DNA of 64,000 nucleotides, from positions 131,528 to 195,527 of the IMG/VR virus record IMGVR_UViG_3300042197_002234; one strand, written 5' to 3'. The stretch comes from a virus. Both the position numbers and the translations under genes were made by a program. Under the pieces are notes generated by a model. The model saw nothing but the letters and a program-made list of their open reading frames with translations, did no database searches and was not told the DNA's origin. The stretch's first letter is position 1. Each line of letters begins with the position of its first letter. This document shows positions 1 to 10,860 of the stretch, one piece after another.

Positions 1-44
1 TTTGTAAAATTGATAAAGTTTTATTTGTACATAATTAATATAAA

Positions 45-536
45 ATGGAAAAGGTATTAGTTTTAAATTCCGATTACACTCCAATAAACGTAACAACTGT
101 TGTACGCGGTTTTGTTTTGGTAAGTAAGGGTAAAGCGGAGATATTAAAGTCTTCAGAAAACCCTATTGTAACTGGTTATCAAACATATATTAGACCTGTA
201 ATAATTAGATTGTTAACATATGTTAGATATAGGGTTAGAAATCTAAAAATTAATAGAAATCGTATTTTTAAAAGGGATTTGAATCAGTGTGTATACTGTG
301 GTTCAAGAAAAAGTTTAACTATTGACCACGTGTTACCAAAGTCGAGAGGTGGTGATAACTCATGGACCAATTTAGTAACTTGTTGTTCGCCATGTAATAG
401 AAAAAAAGGTGATAAGACACCTGAAGAGGCTAATATGAAACTTACTCGCAGACCTTACGAACCTACTTTATTCTCCGAAATTATAAATCCAAGTATTTCA
501 GATGTTTGGATTGATTTTCAAAAGGATTATGTATAA
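45..536 (+). CDS. HNH endonuclease
   Basis: CVYCG...LTIDHVLPKSRGG...NLVTCCSPCN zinc-knuckle HNH motif. Confidence 0.9.
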   Translation: MEKVLVLNSDYTPINVTTVVRGFVLVSKGKAEILKSSENPIVTGYQTYIRPVIIRLLTYVRYRVRNLKINRNRIFKRDLNQCVYCGSRKSLTIDHVLPKSRGGDNSWTNLVTCCSPCNRKKGDKTPEEANMKLTRRPYEPTLFSEIINPSISDVWIDFQKDYV

Positions 537-537
537 A

Positions 538-567
538 ATAAAAGAGTATCTTTCGATACTCTTTTAT
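538..567. terminator. Bidirectional intrinsic terminator
   Basis: Perfect 13-bp inverted repeat ATAAAAGAGTATC-tttc-GATACTCTTTTAT between convergent genes. Confidence 0.8.
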
Positions 568-635
568 TAGATGTGAACTACCCCCTTTCTTTTAGATGGT
601 TTATACACTTTCAGATTTTACTCTGATAGTCTCTT

Positions 636-2417
636 TTAGGATAAAGCCTTTTCTTTCATTGTTTCACCCGCTAAATCCATTTTATCTTTAATTTTTGATA
701 TACTAGGACAAACTAAGTCAGCAATAGCCCCTTCAATTTTTTGACCAAAGCTTGAGTCTGTAAACATATCAACCAAAGAATTTCTAATTATATCATATAA
801 ATATCCTTCCATTCCTTGTTCTTTTTGTATTTTTCTTGCGATACCTTCACCAACACCTTTGGATATTGCGTTACTTAGATATTCACAATTAAATATTTTA
901 CCATTTGCGTAATCTCCGATTGGTATGTCACCTATTGTTGCGATAAAAATGTTTGCTAAGTAACCTTCAGTACCAATACCTAACTTTTCAAGTATTAATT
1001 GTACAAATCTTTCTTTAATTGTATCAAAAATTCCACCAGGTACTTGACCAAAAAAACTTTTTATAATATCTAAAAATTGTTCATTTATTAAAATATCATT
1101 GAAACCTTGAGACTTTAAGTAAAACATTTCACTAAGTAAGTCGTCAACAAATTTTTCTTTTTGTTTTTTTGTTTTAGGTTTCCCTGATTCAGAAATTATT
1201 TTAAATCTGGTATTTATTATCTTATACTCTTCTACCAAACTTTTTTTTTTAGACTCAGAAAGTTCGTTAAGGTTTTCTCTGATTATCTTTTTAAGGATTG
1301 AATCTCTGTTTTCAAATACAGTGGTTTTTTGTTGACCACTACCACTACCAATTCTAAAGTCAATTGATTGTCCGTATTCATTTTTTCTAATACCTAAATT
1401 GTTAATATCTGTTTTAATGTCTTCCCATTTCTTACTACCAAAAATGTTACCAATATCTTGTGTATACGATGCACATTTATTAACACCAGGTTTTATTCTA
1501 AGTAATGTGTAATAATTTATTGGGTAGTTACCGTAAGCAAAATCGTAATATTGTTTAAATAATTGTCTACATGCAGTTCTAAACTCTTTACTTTTAACTT
1601 CACTACTAGTGACTGTCTTAACATTAGTAATCATATTAGCCGCTAATGTTCTGAAGTTATCACCAACAGATTTACAGTACATAGTATTACCAATAGTTAC
1701 ACTTAAAATACTAGTACCTCCCTTCTTAACAAAATCTATTTGTTGACCAGTACATGCCGAATATCCTAAACCACCTTCTTCTTCAGGGGTAGTATAGTTA
1801 CCTATTTCCGACTTCATTTCTGAAGACCTAGATGTTTGTTTACAAACCCAAATAAATGTGTCAGTATTTGTAGGTATTAATGATTTAATATCGGTTCTGT
1901 CTGAAAGTTGTTTAGTAGCAGTAATAAAATCTGATAATTTTGTTAAAGTACAAACACCGTTAACTTTATCAGTGTTTTTAACATTTTCATCGCCATAAGT
2001 GAAAATTTGTAAGTCAGGATTTGCATCTCTAACTGAATTTACAAAATTTATAAGTTCTGGATTCATGGAATCTTCTTGCAATTTTCTTAATTTAGCACAA
2101 GTCCATATACGGGTAGTGGGGTTTTTAGTTTTAAGTTCGTTATCACTATAATATTCTAACACACCATTGTCTTGCCCTTGTACTGGTGCTCGTAACACCG
2201 CGTTTGGGAACCCAGGGACTTTTGTGGAATTTTTCTTAAGCCACACTTCCTCACCATTAAGATTATATACGTCACCATCCGCTGGAAAACAACCAGCTTG
2301 ATAAGCCATTTTTAATTGTTGATTCATCATTTTAACCGCGGTTACATCACTAGCACCGCCTCTGACACCCTGTTCAGTTAAAACTTTTTTTACTAATTTG
2401 TTTATATTTGTTTTCAT
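636..2417 (-). CDS. Large hypothetical protein, probable virion/internal protein
   Basis: 593-aa ORF; N-terminal KLVKKVLTEQ and internal LKKIIRENLNELSE leader-like motifs. Confidence 0.7.
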   Translation of the reverse strand: MKTNINKLVKKVLTEQGVRGGASDVTAVKMMNQQLKMAYQAGCFPADGDVYNLNGEEVWLKKNSTKVPGFPNAVLRAPVQGQDNGVLEYYSDNELKTKNPTTRIWTCAKLRKLQEDSMNPELINFVNSVRDANPDLQIFTYGDENVKNTDKVNGVCTLTKLSDFITATKQLSDRTDIKSLIPTNTDTFIWVCKQTSRSSEMKSEIGNYTTPEEEGGLGYSACTGQQIDFVKKGGTSILSVTIGNTMYCKSVGDNFRTLAANMITNVKTVTSSEVKSKEFRTACRQLFKQYYDFAYGNYPINYYTLLRIKPGVNKCASYTQDIGNIFGSKKWEDIKTDINNLGIRKNEYGQSIDFRIGSGSGQQKTTVFENRDSILKKIIRENLNELSESKKKSLVEEYKIINTRFKIISESGKPKTKKQKEKFVDDLLSEMFYLKSQGFNDILINEQFLDIIKSFFGQVPGGIFDTIKERFVQLILEKLGIGTEGYLANIFIATIGDIPIGDYANGKIFNCEYLSNAISKGVGEGIARKIQKEQGMEGYLYDIIRNSLVDMFTDSSFGQKIEGAIADLVCPSISKIKDKMDLAGETMKEKALS

Positions 2418-2447
2418 TTTGAAATTTATTTTTTTGATTTAAATTTA

Positions 2448-3320
2448 TTACACATCGGTACCTGTTATAATATTATCTTCAACACTACCTCCGTCAACGT
2501 CAACTTGAGTTTTACGACAATTTTTAATAATTTTATCGTAAACTTCTTGAGTGATTGTTGTTGGATACCCTTTTTCTTTTAATTTAGTTTCAGTTTCAGG
2601 ACCGTAATACCCATCAGGTTCTGCTCCAATACATTCTTGAATCTCTTTAAGTTTAGGGTTCTTACAATATTTAGTGAATGGTAAATCAGGACAACCCCTA
2701 TATTTTCCATCTTCAGGAACTGGTGGTGGAACTGGTTCTTCTTCATCTTCTTCAGGTGGTGTTTCGCCAGGATAAAAATATGCGAAAATAGCCGCTAAAA
2801 TTCCTGCTGCCGCGTATTTTTTCCAATGCTTACCAAAGTGTTTTTTAATCGCCTCCCAAGTACCACTTTTTGTTGGTTGTTTAGTTATTTCTTTAGCGTA
2901 TTTTTCGGCTAATTCTTTGGAAGTTTTATTTATAGATTGTTTAATTTCTTCCGTCATAGTTCTTCTAATTTCTTGTTCTAACGTTAACTTTTCAGCGTTA
3001 GTTAAAGTTCTTCCACCTTGTTTTTCAATCTGTTGTAAAACTTTCTCAACGGTTTGTTTTTCTATATTTTTAGCCCCTTGAGCACCAGCTCTATAACTAG
3101 TTGCGGTACCTTTTTTAATTTCCTGTATTGCTAATTCTTTAGCCTCACTTTTCATAAACGCTTCGATTTCCTTTTCAATAGACTCCAAACCCATTCGTTT
3201 TAATGCAGCAAATTGTTCAGATAATACACTGTGGGTAACATCTTCATTAATAGCGGTAATTGGTTTAAGGGACACCAATTCTCTAAATCTATTAATTTCT
3301 TCTAAAACTTCTTTTCTCAT
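2448..3320 (-). CDS. Membrane-anchored protein with C-terminal peptidoglycan-binding-like domain
   Basis: TM segment YAAAGILAAIFAYF, Pro/Glu linker, then IQECIGAEPDGYYGPETE resembling PG_binding_1 (DG.YGP.T). Confidence 0.6.
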   Translation of the reverse strand: MRKEVLEEINRFRELVSLKPITAINEDVTHSVLSEQFAALKRMGLESIEKEIEAFMKSEAKELAIQEIKKGTATSYRAGAQGAKNIEKQTVEKVLQQIEKQGGRTLTNAEKLTLEQEIRRTMTEEIKQSINKTSKELAEKYAKEITKQPTKSGTWEAIKKHFGKHWKKYAAAGILAAIFAYFYPGETPPEEDEEEPVPPPVPEDGKYRGCPDLPFTKYCKNPKLKEIQECIGAEPDGYYGPETETKLKEKGYPTTITQEVYDKIIKNCRKTQVDVDGGSVEDNIITGTDV

Positions 3321-3340
3321 TTTATTTTTATTTTTTTATT

Positions 3341-5074
3341 TTAAACTTTTGTTTGTTTATTACTTATTGGTGATAATACTTTTTCAGCACCTTTAGATAA
3401 TGTTTTCATTACATTACCAATTGTATTACTAAATGCTGATTTAACTGAATGTGGTATATACTTTGTAACCAAACCTCTATCATCCATTTCAACATTGGTG
3501 TATAATGCCAATTCATAATTGTTGATTTCACCATCAACTTTTTCAATAACACCTTTATATTGAGGATTTTTACTAATACACCCTTCAAATGTTTTTACAG
3601 CGGTTTCGGTATTTTTGGTAAATTTATTACCATCATTTTTTAATGAATTTACAATATTGTCATCTATTTTACAATCAGGCCACATAGTATTATGGTATTC
3701 TGAAAAATATTGGTTAACACCCGCAATATCATTACCTGAATCTCCAACTTTGAGGTTTCTTTCTTTAAAAAACCAAGCTATTGCTAATCCACTTCCAACC
3801 GCAACTACACCTTTCTTAGAAAATAATTGTTTAATAAATGTTTCAACACCTGAAATAACTTTATTCAAACCGTTAAATACAGTTTGAATTACTTTATTAA
3901 TACCTGGCATTTTTTCAGCCAAATAAGCTCCAACACGGCTTAAACCATTTTTCAACCCTGGTAATTTTTCAATCAAACCTTGTAATAATTTACCTGTCGC
4001 TGAAGTTGTAGTAACTTTACCCGCAGTTTTTAATGCTGCTTTAGTTGATTGTCCCGCTGCCGCAGCGAATAACCACGCGATTAAATCAATTATTAAAAAC
4101 ATATATGGGTTCGCATTACGTTCAGGGTCTTTAGGGTCTGACTCTCCACTTACTATTTCATACAAATCAAGTATCACTATTAAACCCCATATCGCTTTAT
4201 TAATTCCTGTTGTAATAGGAAGTAATGCGGTTGCAACGTCAACAACAATACCTATTGTCGTATAAGCGTTTCTTCTAATCCATCTTAACAAAGGAATGAC
4301 ACCTTTTTTAAGAATCGGCAATATAATTTTTTTAGCCGCAGCACTTAATCCTGACAACACTATACCACCAACTTTAGCACCTGCATCGACAACTTTACCT
4401 GTTGCTCGTAAGAATTTATTTGATTTATAACCTGAAGATAAAGTAGCGTCAAGAGTTTTTAAATGGTCGTAAATGGCTTTATATTCCCAATCAATATCAG
4501 ACATCTCATCGTTAATATACGCTTTGATATCCATGTTTTTTTTCTTTTTTAGTTGTTGATTAACTTTATCTAATAATTCTTTATTATTGATTCTTTTAAT
4601 TTGTTTTAACGCTTCTTCTTCATCGTCGTTGAATGTTTTTGATAAAGCATCAACTAATTTTGTTGTGATATCTAAAGCGGTTGCGTCAACATTTTGTTCT
4701 GAAATCAAAGTTCTTAATCCATCAAATGACTCACTAACAATTTGTTTAGCGGTTTTAGTATTAATAGATTCAGTTATTATTGTTTTTTTACCGAAATTTT
4801 CTTCCCATTCTTTAACCAATCTCAATGATTGTTGTGGTGAAAATATTTCAGAAATAATTGTTAAAATTTTTCTTGGCTTTGATAGATATTCTTTTAAAGT
4901 TATCTCACCTGAATTAAATTCAAAATCGTTATTATCTTTAGCGATTTGAACTAAATATGGTAACATACTTTCATTGTATGGTACATAAAAACCTTCATTT
5001 TCACAAACATAAAAACCTTTGTTTGTAAAAACATATTTTTCATCTTTTGATACCCCTAATAGCTCTGTATTCAT
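3341..5074 (-). CDS. Large protein with hydrophobic helices and a PG-binding-like segment
   Basis: 577 aa; several Gly/Ala-rich hydrophobic helices; LKVGDSGNDI motif; ATATTTAT upstream. Confidence 0.6.
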   Translation of the reverse strand: MNTELLGVSKDEKYVFTNKGFYVCENEGFYVPYNESMLPYLVQIAKDNNDFEFNSGEITLKEYLSKPRKILTIISEIFSPQQSLRLVKEWEENFGKKTIITESINTKTAKQIVSESFDGLRTLISEQNVDATALDITTKLVDALSKTFNDDEEEALKQIKRINNKELLDKVNQQLKKKKNMDIKAYINDEMSDIDWEYKAIYDHLKTLDATLSSGYKSNKFLRATGKVVDAGAKVGGIVLSGLSAAAKKIILPILKKGVIPLLRWIRRNAYTTIGIVVDVATALLPITTGINKAIWGLIVILDLYEIVSGESDPKDPERNANPYMFLIIDLIAWLFAAAAGQSTKAALKTAGKVTTTSATGKLLQGLIEKLPGLKNGLSRVGAYLAEKMPGINKVIQTVFNGLNKVISGVETFIKQLFSKKGVVAVGSGLAIAWFFKERNLKVGDSGNDIAGVNQYFSEYHNTMWPDCKIDDNIVNSLKNDGNKFTKNTETAVKTFEGCISKNPQYKGVIEKVDGEINNYELALYTNVEMDDRGLVTKYIPHSVKSAFSNTIGNVMKTLSKGAEKVLSPISNKQTKV

Positions 5075-5106
5075 ATTAAATGACGATTATCTATAAATAT
5101 ATCGAT

Positions 5107-5346
5107 TTACAATAAAGTATTTGCCTTTCCTCTTGTTAACCCAGAAGTCCATACTTTTTGTTCAGGATTATGAGTTGGTCCAAATTTTCTACCACTAGAC
5201 CACTTAGTTACAGTCGGGTAAGCTGGTTTAGAACCACCACCTGAAGAAGGTGCTGCAGCAGCATCTTGTTCATCAATCTCACCATTATTTTCTTTTGTGG
5301 TGAACTTTTTCATTAAATAGATAATTTGGTCAACATCACTCTTCAT
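5107..5346 (-). CDS. Hypothetical protein
   Basis: ORF with upstream TATTTAT motif; codirectional with neighbours. Confidence 0.6.
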   Translation of the reverse strand: MKSDVDQIIYLMKKFTTKENNGEIDEQDAAAAPSSGGGSKPAYPTVTKWSSGRKFGPTHNPEQKVWTSGLTRGKANTLL

Positions 5347-5398
5347 ACCAATAAATAGTTTGATAATAAAAAACCCACTGTGATGTGGGTTTATTTCT

Positions 5399-5731
5399 TT
5401 AAAAAAAATCTGATTTAGGCAATTTGTCAGGATATATCAGATAATACTCATTCAAAAATGATTTGATTTCATCTTCTTCATTTCCTTTTTCCAACTCATC
5501 GTCAAAAAAATTACCAAATAAATCATCAATATCGTCGTCCTCCTCGTTATACATTTCAATTAATGTATTTTCGGTAAAATTATCAAAATCATACCCAAAA
5601 GATTCTACCTCATCTAACTGTACTTGGTCTGTTCTTATTTCATCATCACCATCGGTAGTTAATCTAAAGGTAACGTCCAATGTTTTTGACGATTCATTAA
5701 TGTAATACGAAACTAATTCTTTAATTTCCAT
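5399..5731 (-). CDS. Acidic hypothetical protein
   Basis: 110-aa D/E-rich ORF. Confidence 0.65.
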   Translation of the reverse strand: MEIKELVSYYINESSKTLDVTFRLTTDGDDEIRTDQVQLDEVESFGYDFDNFTENTLIEMYNEEDDDIDDLFGNFFDDELEKGNEEDEIKSFLNEYYLIYPDKLPKSDFF

Positions 5732-5795
5732 GTTATTTTTGTTTAATTTTGTTTATAACAAAGAAATATCGCAAATTTATTAAAAAGACAAAAAA

Positions 5796-6353
5796 TTAAT
5801 TATATTTTTTAAATCTATTAAACATATCCAATGACTCTTGTATGTTAAATGCGATTTCACCCTTTTCATCATCTTCAAAATCATCACCAAACATATTATT
5901 TTCCCACTCACCTTCAACATCCTCATCATTAAAAAACATACCTCTCATTGTTTCAAAATCATCGTTTTCAACTTCAGGTTCTATTAAAAACATTGTTTCA
6001 CTTTCAGTATCATCAACGTCAACGGTTCCATTTGGTAAATCATATGGGCCGTCACCAATCATATCAAGTCTTTCACCTAAAGTAACATATTCTTCATCTT
6101 CAAAAGTTTCTTCTGGTTCAAAGCCATGTGAACCTGAATAAACATCTTCATTAATGTTCATGTTTCTGTATGTCATAACATCACCTTTGTTACTTACAGT
6201 TATACCACCTTTATCATTGGCGAAATCTTGGGTATATAATGGACTCATATTTGATGAGACGTTATTGGTCGCAAAACCATTATAAAGTTCTTTGTGTTGG
6301 TCAAGGATATTATTTCTTTCCTCTTTTGACATTTTGAAAAAATAAGCGTTCAT
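5796..6353 (-). CDS. Acidic hypothetical protein
   Basis: 185-aa D/E-rich ORF; ATATTTAT upstream. Confidence 0.65.
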   Translation of the reverse strand: MNAYFFKMSKEERNNILDQHKELYNGFATNNVSSNMSPLYTQDFANDKGGITVSNKGDVMTYRNMNINEDVYSGSHGFEPEETFEDEEYVTLGERLDMIGDGPYDLPNGTVDVDDTESETMFLIEPEVENDDFETMRGMFFNDEDVEGEWENNMFGDDFEDDEKGEIAFNIQESLDMFNRFKKYN

Positions 6354-6412
6354 AGTTTTCTTTTACTAATAAATATATTGATTGATGAGAATATTTTATC
6401 TATGATTATAGT

Positions 6413-6706
6413 ATGTTTAAAGTAGATATAAACGAGTATGCTGAAGGTGCTATTTTATTAGATGGTCTTGAGTCTGCAATAATTGGTGTTGTTGAAGAAT
6501 TTGGAAATGGTCGTAGAATTTTATATTCTAAAGCTAAGATTTTAAAAATTCTTGAGGAGAGAGATTTAATGACACAAGGTGAGGCTGAAGAGTTTTTTGA
6601 CTATAATATATTGGGTCTTTATGCTGGAGAACAGAATGCCGTGTTTTTAGATTTGGAAATTGAACCTGTTGAAAACGGTGGTAATTGGGAATATATGTTA
6701 AAATAA
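6413..6706 (+). CDS. Hypothetical phage protein
   Basis: 97-aa ORF with typical codon use. Confidence 0.65.
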   Translation: MFKVDINEYAEGAILLDGLESAIIGVVEEFGNGRRILYSKAKILKILEERDLMTQGEAEEFFDYNILGLYAGEQNAVFLDLEIEPVENGGNWEYMLK

Positions 6707-7303
6707 CAACATATAATTTTCAAGAACCATTTGTGAATAACGATGTAAGTATCTATTAATTTGGTCTAAGTCAGGTTCAATATTTTTAGATTCTAAAGCT
6801 TTAATAGTACCATTAATCATTTCAGCTTGAGCTTGGTCAGCCATTTCAATTACTTTATCAAAGGCCTCTTCGTCGTGAATTGGTCGGTATTTGAATTCGT
6901 GTTTTATTCTTTCTGAACCCATGTATAAATACGGTGCGGCGCCAAACATATTTGTAATACCTGACTCTCTAACAGCAATTAAATATTCTTTTAAAAACTT
7001 CCTATTAAAGAATTTAAATATATCCATATTCTTTACTAGTTTTTTAAATTTTTCAATTTCACCTTGGTTTTCACCTAACTTAACTTTTTTTCTTTTTTCA
7101 AAACTATCAACTAAATCCCACTTATCAATTCCATCAATTAACGCTAATTTACTTCCGTTATCCCACTCCACATAATACTGAGTATCCCCAAATATAGTGA
7201 TTTTCTTAATAACAGTACCTTTAGTTCCAATTGGAACAGGTGTATTGTCTTCCATGTGAAATAATATAATTCTATCACCTTCTTTTAATTCAGGATTTAT
7301 CAT
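6698..7303 (-). CDS. DUF4314-like N-terminal domain protein
   Basis: GDRI.L..M.D..PVPIGTKGTV...VEWDNGSKLALI..D pattern. Confidence 0.6.
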   Translation of the reverse strand: MINPELKEGDRIILFHMEDNTPVPIGTKGTVIKKITIFGDTQYYVEWDNGSKLALIDGIDKWDLVDSFEKRKKVKLGENQGEIEKFKKLVKNMDIFKFFNRKFLKEYLIAVRESGITNMFGAAPYLYMGSERIKHEFKYRPIHDEEAFDKVIEMADQAQAEMINGTIKALESKNIEPDLDQINRYLHRYSQMVLENYMLLF

Positions 7304-7350
7304 CTGTCGTAATATTTATTAAATAAATATAATCAAAGTATTTATTGTAT

Positions 7351-7989
7351 ATGAGTAAAACCTTGTTAATTAATGAATCCCAAAAAAAATTGATTCTTTT
7401 AGAATCGGCTAATGACGAGTTTGGTGATATTATAAAAAAGAATTATGACTTTGTTAAGAAGGTTATTAAACTGTCTTCAGAACAAATGAGTCTTAATTTG
7501 GAATTTTTATTAACTTGGGGTGCAACTATTGGTGGTTTTGTCGGTCCTTTAAATGATTTTATTGTTGGTAAATTTCCTGAAGTTTCGGATGTTGAGTTAA
7601 GTCTTATAATCACGGGAATAATTGCGGTTTATTATGTTGACAATAAAGAAACAGTTAAAAAAATAATTGAACATATAAAAGAAAAAGGTGTTTTTAACAT
7701 TTTTACCTCAGCATTTAATAAAAGTAAGGAATTAAAAAGTACTTTTTTAAATTTTATGAGTAGTTTAAATTTGACTCTGCATAAAGTAACAAATATTATG
7801 TCATATGCGTTTATAATTCCACTTATACCTATGATTTATGAATCAGTTTCAAGTGGGATTATGACACCTGAGGATGGTAAAGAAATTGCTCTTAGATTAG
7901 GGTTATTTGGTTTATTAACCGTATCAGGTATTGCTCTAAGAGAGTTTATAATTAAATTAATTAAGAGATTTAGAGGTCCCCATCAATAA
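7351..7989 (+). CDS. Multi-TM hypothetical protein with xINE leader
   Basis: MSKTLLINESQK start; several hydrophobic helices; GTATTTAT upstream. Confidence 0.65.
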   Translation: MSKTLLINESQKKLILLESANDEFGDIIKKNYDFVKKVIKLSSEQMSLNLEFLLTWGATIGGFVGPLNDFIVGKFPEVSDVELSLIITGIIAVYYVDNKETVKKIIEHIKEKGVFNIFTSAFNKSKELKSTFLNFMSSLNLTLHKVTNIMSYAFIIPLIPMIYESVSSGIMTPEDGKEIALRLGLFGLLTVSGIALREFIIKLIKRFRGPHQ

Positions 7990-8734
7990 AATCAGATAGT
8001 TTATTTCTAAACATTTCAATCGATTCATAACTTAATGGGTAATTATCCGATTTATTACCCAAAATTATTGTTGGGTAGAACTGTACCGCGGTATATATGT
8101 CATCACAATTATATATGTCTTGTTCATTATTAAGTAGTTGCCAACAATCATCAGCAATAATGTCCCTATAGTTATCTAATATTTGATAACTTACACCAGC
8201 AATCGATTCTAAAAGTACTTCATTATCAGTAATTAATGGTTCACCATTCAAAGTAATTTTATAAATATTTAAATCAAAATAGAACCAAAAAGTGTTGTCA
8301 TTATGTTCAACACCATCATGTTTAAATTTAGAATAAAACTTTACAGTAATTCTTTCACCTTTATGGTATGTGTTTAACGCGAATAGTTTTATGGTGTCAT
8401 TAGTAAAATCAGTCATTTCTTTTGACATTTTTTTAGATATTGAATAATCACCTAAACTAACCTGTTCCCCATTTAAATAAACTAAATCAATTTGATACTC
8501 AACATCATCTAACCCAATTAGTTTTGAACCATAATTAATTATTTCATTAATTTGGCAGGTAAACGCGTCAATAATATACGACGAATAATTTTCAGTTGGG
8601 ATTATATTGATATTAATTAATAAAAAATCATCATCAAGAACTTGAATATCTAAAAATTCAATTAGATATTTTTTATCTTTATGTTTCTTTTTTTTAAGAT
8701 AATTGATTAATGCTTTTATTTTGGCGTTGCTCAT
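7970..8734 (-). CDS. Hypothetical protein
   Basis: 254-aa ORF coupled to upstream gene. Confidence 0.65.
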   Translation of the reverse strand: MSNAKIKALINYLKKKKHKDKKYLIEFLDIQVLDDDFLLININIIPTENYSSYIIDAFTCQINEIINYGSKLIGLDDVEYQIDLVYLNGEQVSLGDYSISKKMSKEMTDFTNDTIKLFALNTYHKGERITVKFYSKFKHDGVEHNDNTFWFYFDLNIYKITLNGEPLITDNEVLLESIAGVSYQILDNYRDIIADDCWQLLNNEQDIYNCDDIYTAVQFYPTIILGNKSDNYPLSYESIEMFRNKLSDFIDGDL

Positions 8735-9678
8735 TTTTGTTTACCGTAATCTAATATTTTATCAATAACAATCTTAATTTCTTCATCATTCATTTCGTGA
8801 ATATCTTTATTGTTTTCAAACCATTCTTTAGCAATAACCTCAATAGGTTTTTTCGTTAATTTAGATAACCTTTTAAACCCTCTATATTGTGCGGGAATTT
8901 CATGTTCTTGAGTATAATATGGTAATGATTCTTCGGGTTCTTCATCTTTATCTAAAAACTCACCTTTGTATTCTTGTCTTCCGTGTTCTAGTTCGTGAGC
9001 CATTAGCTCGTTTATTTCGCCAACTAGTTCGTACATTTGTGATTCTATTTTTTCAGGATTAAAAAGTATTAATACCTCAACAACATCTTCATCAGGTACA
9101 TAATAACCGTTTACTTTAAATCTATCTTGCATTTTAGAAGCTTTAAGTGTTAGTTCTACTGTAAAAGTAAATGGTAAGTTAGTAAACTTGTATTCATCAC
9201 TTTCTTCAGGTAAATAAAAAAACCCACTTTTTTTCTTTTTAATTTTTTTAATAATATCTTTTACCGCAGTTCTTATGGCTAATCTACTCATTGTACTTTC
9301 ATTAACGATTTCTTCTTTTGGTACTTTAAAGTTAATCTCTTCAATTAAAACTCTATTGTTGTCAACATCAAACATAGATAAAATTTGACTAATATCATTA
9401 GTTAAAACTCGTTTAAAATAAAACGGAGCTTTTTCACTAGTTAACTTTGAGGATAATATAATTTTTGATATATCATCATTTAAATTAATAATATTAACCG
9501 AAACTTTAATATAATCATACCACTCTCCAACGCTTATCATTTTTTTATACCCCAAAATCTCAAATGTATAATCAATATCAGATTCGAAATCAACATTCAA
9601 TATAATCGGATTCCTATACTTAAAAACCTTATCTTTAAGAATAAGATTAACTTTATTTACTTGATTTTGATTTAACAT
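8731..9678 (-). CDS. HExxH putative zinc metallopeptidase-domain protein
   Basis: AHELEH plus downstream EHEIPA; internal VNE/IIKK leader-like motif. Confidence 0.6.
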   Translation of the reverse strand: MLNQNQVNKVNLILKDKVFKYRNPIILNVDFESDIDYTFEILGYKKMISVGEWYDYIKVSVNIINLNDDISKIILSSKLTSEKAPFYFKRVLTNDISQILSMFDVDNNRVLIEEINFKVPKEEIVNESTMSRLAIRTAVKDIIKKIKKKKSGFFYLPEESDEYKFTNLPFTFTVELTLKASKMQDRFKVNGYYVPDEDVVEVLILFNPEKIESQMYELVGEINELMAHELEHGRQEYKGEFLDKDEEPEESLPYYTQEHEIPAQYRGFKRLSKLTKKPIEVIAKEWFENNKDIHEMNDEEIKIVIDKILDYGKQK

Positions 9679-9769
9679 ATCAATAAATACTTTTTTTTGA
9701 CAAATAGTTCTTTATATAATTTGGTTTGGTAGTTAATTACTTTTTGGTGGTTAATTAATATTTATGTAT

Positions 9770-10438
9770 ATGAACTATAGAAAAATATGGGAATCATATC
9801 ACGGTAAGATACCCACAGATAATTTAGGTAGAACTTTTGATATTCATCATATAGACGGTAACCGTAATAACAACGATATTACAAATTTAATGTGTTTGTC
9901 ACTGGAAGACCATTATAAAATACACCTAAAACAGTATAATGAAAATAAATCCGAAAAAGAATTTCGTTCATTAGTTTTCTTGTCTAGTCGACTTAGTAAA
10001 CCAATTGATGATTTGAGTGGGTGGTCAGTTTCAGACAAAACTAAGGAGAAAATTAGAAACACTTTATTGGGTAGTAAGAGACCTCCTGAGGTTGTTAAAA
10101 AATACCAAGAAAAGTTAAAAGGTTATGTATGGAAGCCTGAAGATATCGAGTCCAGACGACAAGGTTTATTAAGGTATCATAAGGAAATGACCGAAGATTT
10201 TAAAAATGAATGGAGAAGTAAACTATCAAATTCCCATAAAGGGAAAGTTCTTAGTGATTCAACCAAAGAAAAATTATCAAAGGTAAATTCAAAATTGACG
10301 GATAACGAAGTTTTATTGATTTATGACTTGATTATGTCAGGTGAAAGGTATAAAATTATATCTGAAAGATTTAATATTAGTCAATCACAAATAACATCAA
10401 TAAAACAGAAAAAAACATATAAATGGTTATGGAGTTAA
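9770..10438 (+). mobile_element. Free-standing HNH/NUMOD3-type homing endonuclease
   Basis: DIHHIDGNRNNNDITNLMCL..EDH HNH motif; NUMOD3-like SDKTKEKI and HKGKVLSDSTKEKLS repeats; C-terminal HTH-like segment. Confidence 0.8.
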
Positions 10439-10860
10439 TATCAACACATCCAATTAAAAAATCAGACTTAGGATTTCACGGTAATCTTTTTGGAGGTTCG
10501 TTACTTAAATGGATTGATTCAGCAGCTGCGGGTTATTCAATGCAGTTGTGCGATACTCCAAGGATGGTTACTATATCAATAGATAAATGTTTTTTTGAAA
10601 GACCTGCCAAGGAAGGTCAATTGCTGAAAATTTATGGGACACCATCTAAATTAGGTAACACTTCCATAACTTTATATATGGAGGCGAGAGCACATAATGT
10701 TTACACGGGAAAACAGACAATTATTTTAAGAACTAACATTAGGTTTGTTTCAATCGATGGTGAAGGTAATCCAATCCCAATAGGTGAAAGAGGTAAAATA
10801 AGAATTCAAAATATAATAGACACACAAATAGAAAACAAAAATGAAAACGAAGAAGTTTGA
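10429..10860 (+). CDS. HotDog-fold acyl-CoA thioesterase (YciA-like)
   Basis: DLGFHGNLFGGSLLKWID.AA motif. Confidence 0.85.
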   Translation: MELISTHPIKKSDLGFHGNLFGGSLLKWIDSAAAGYSMQLCDTPRMVTISIDKCFFERPAKEGQLLKIYGTPSKLGNTSITLYMEARAHNVYTGKQTIILRTNIRFVSIDGEGNPIPIGERGKIRIQNIIDTQIENKNENEEV

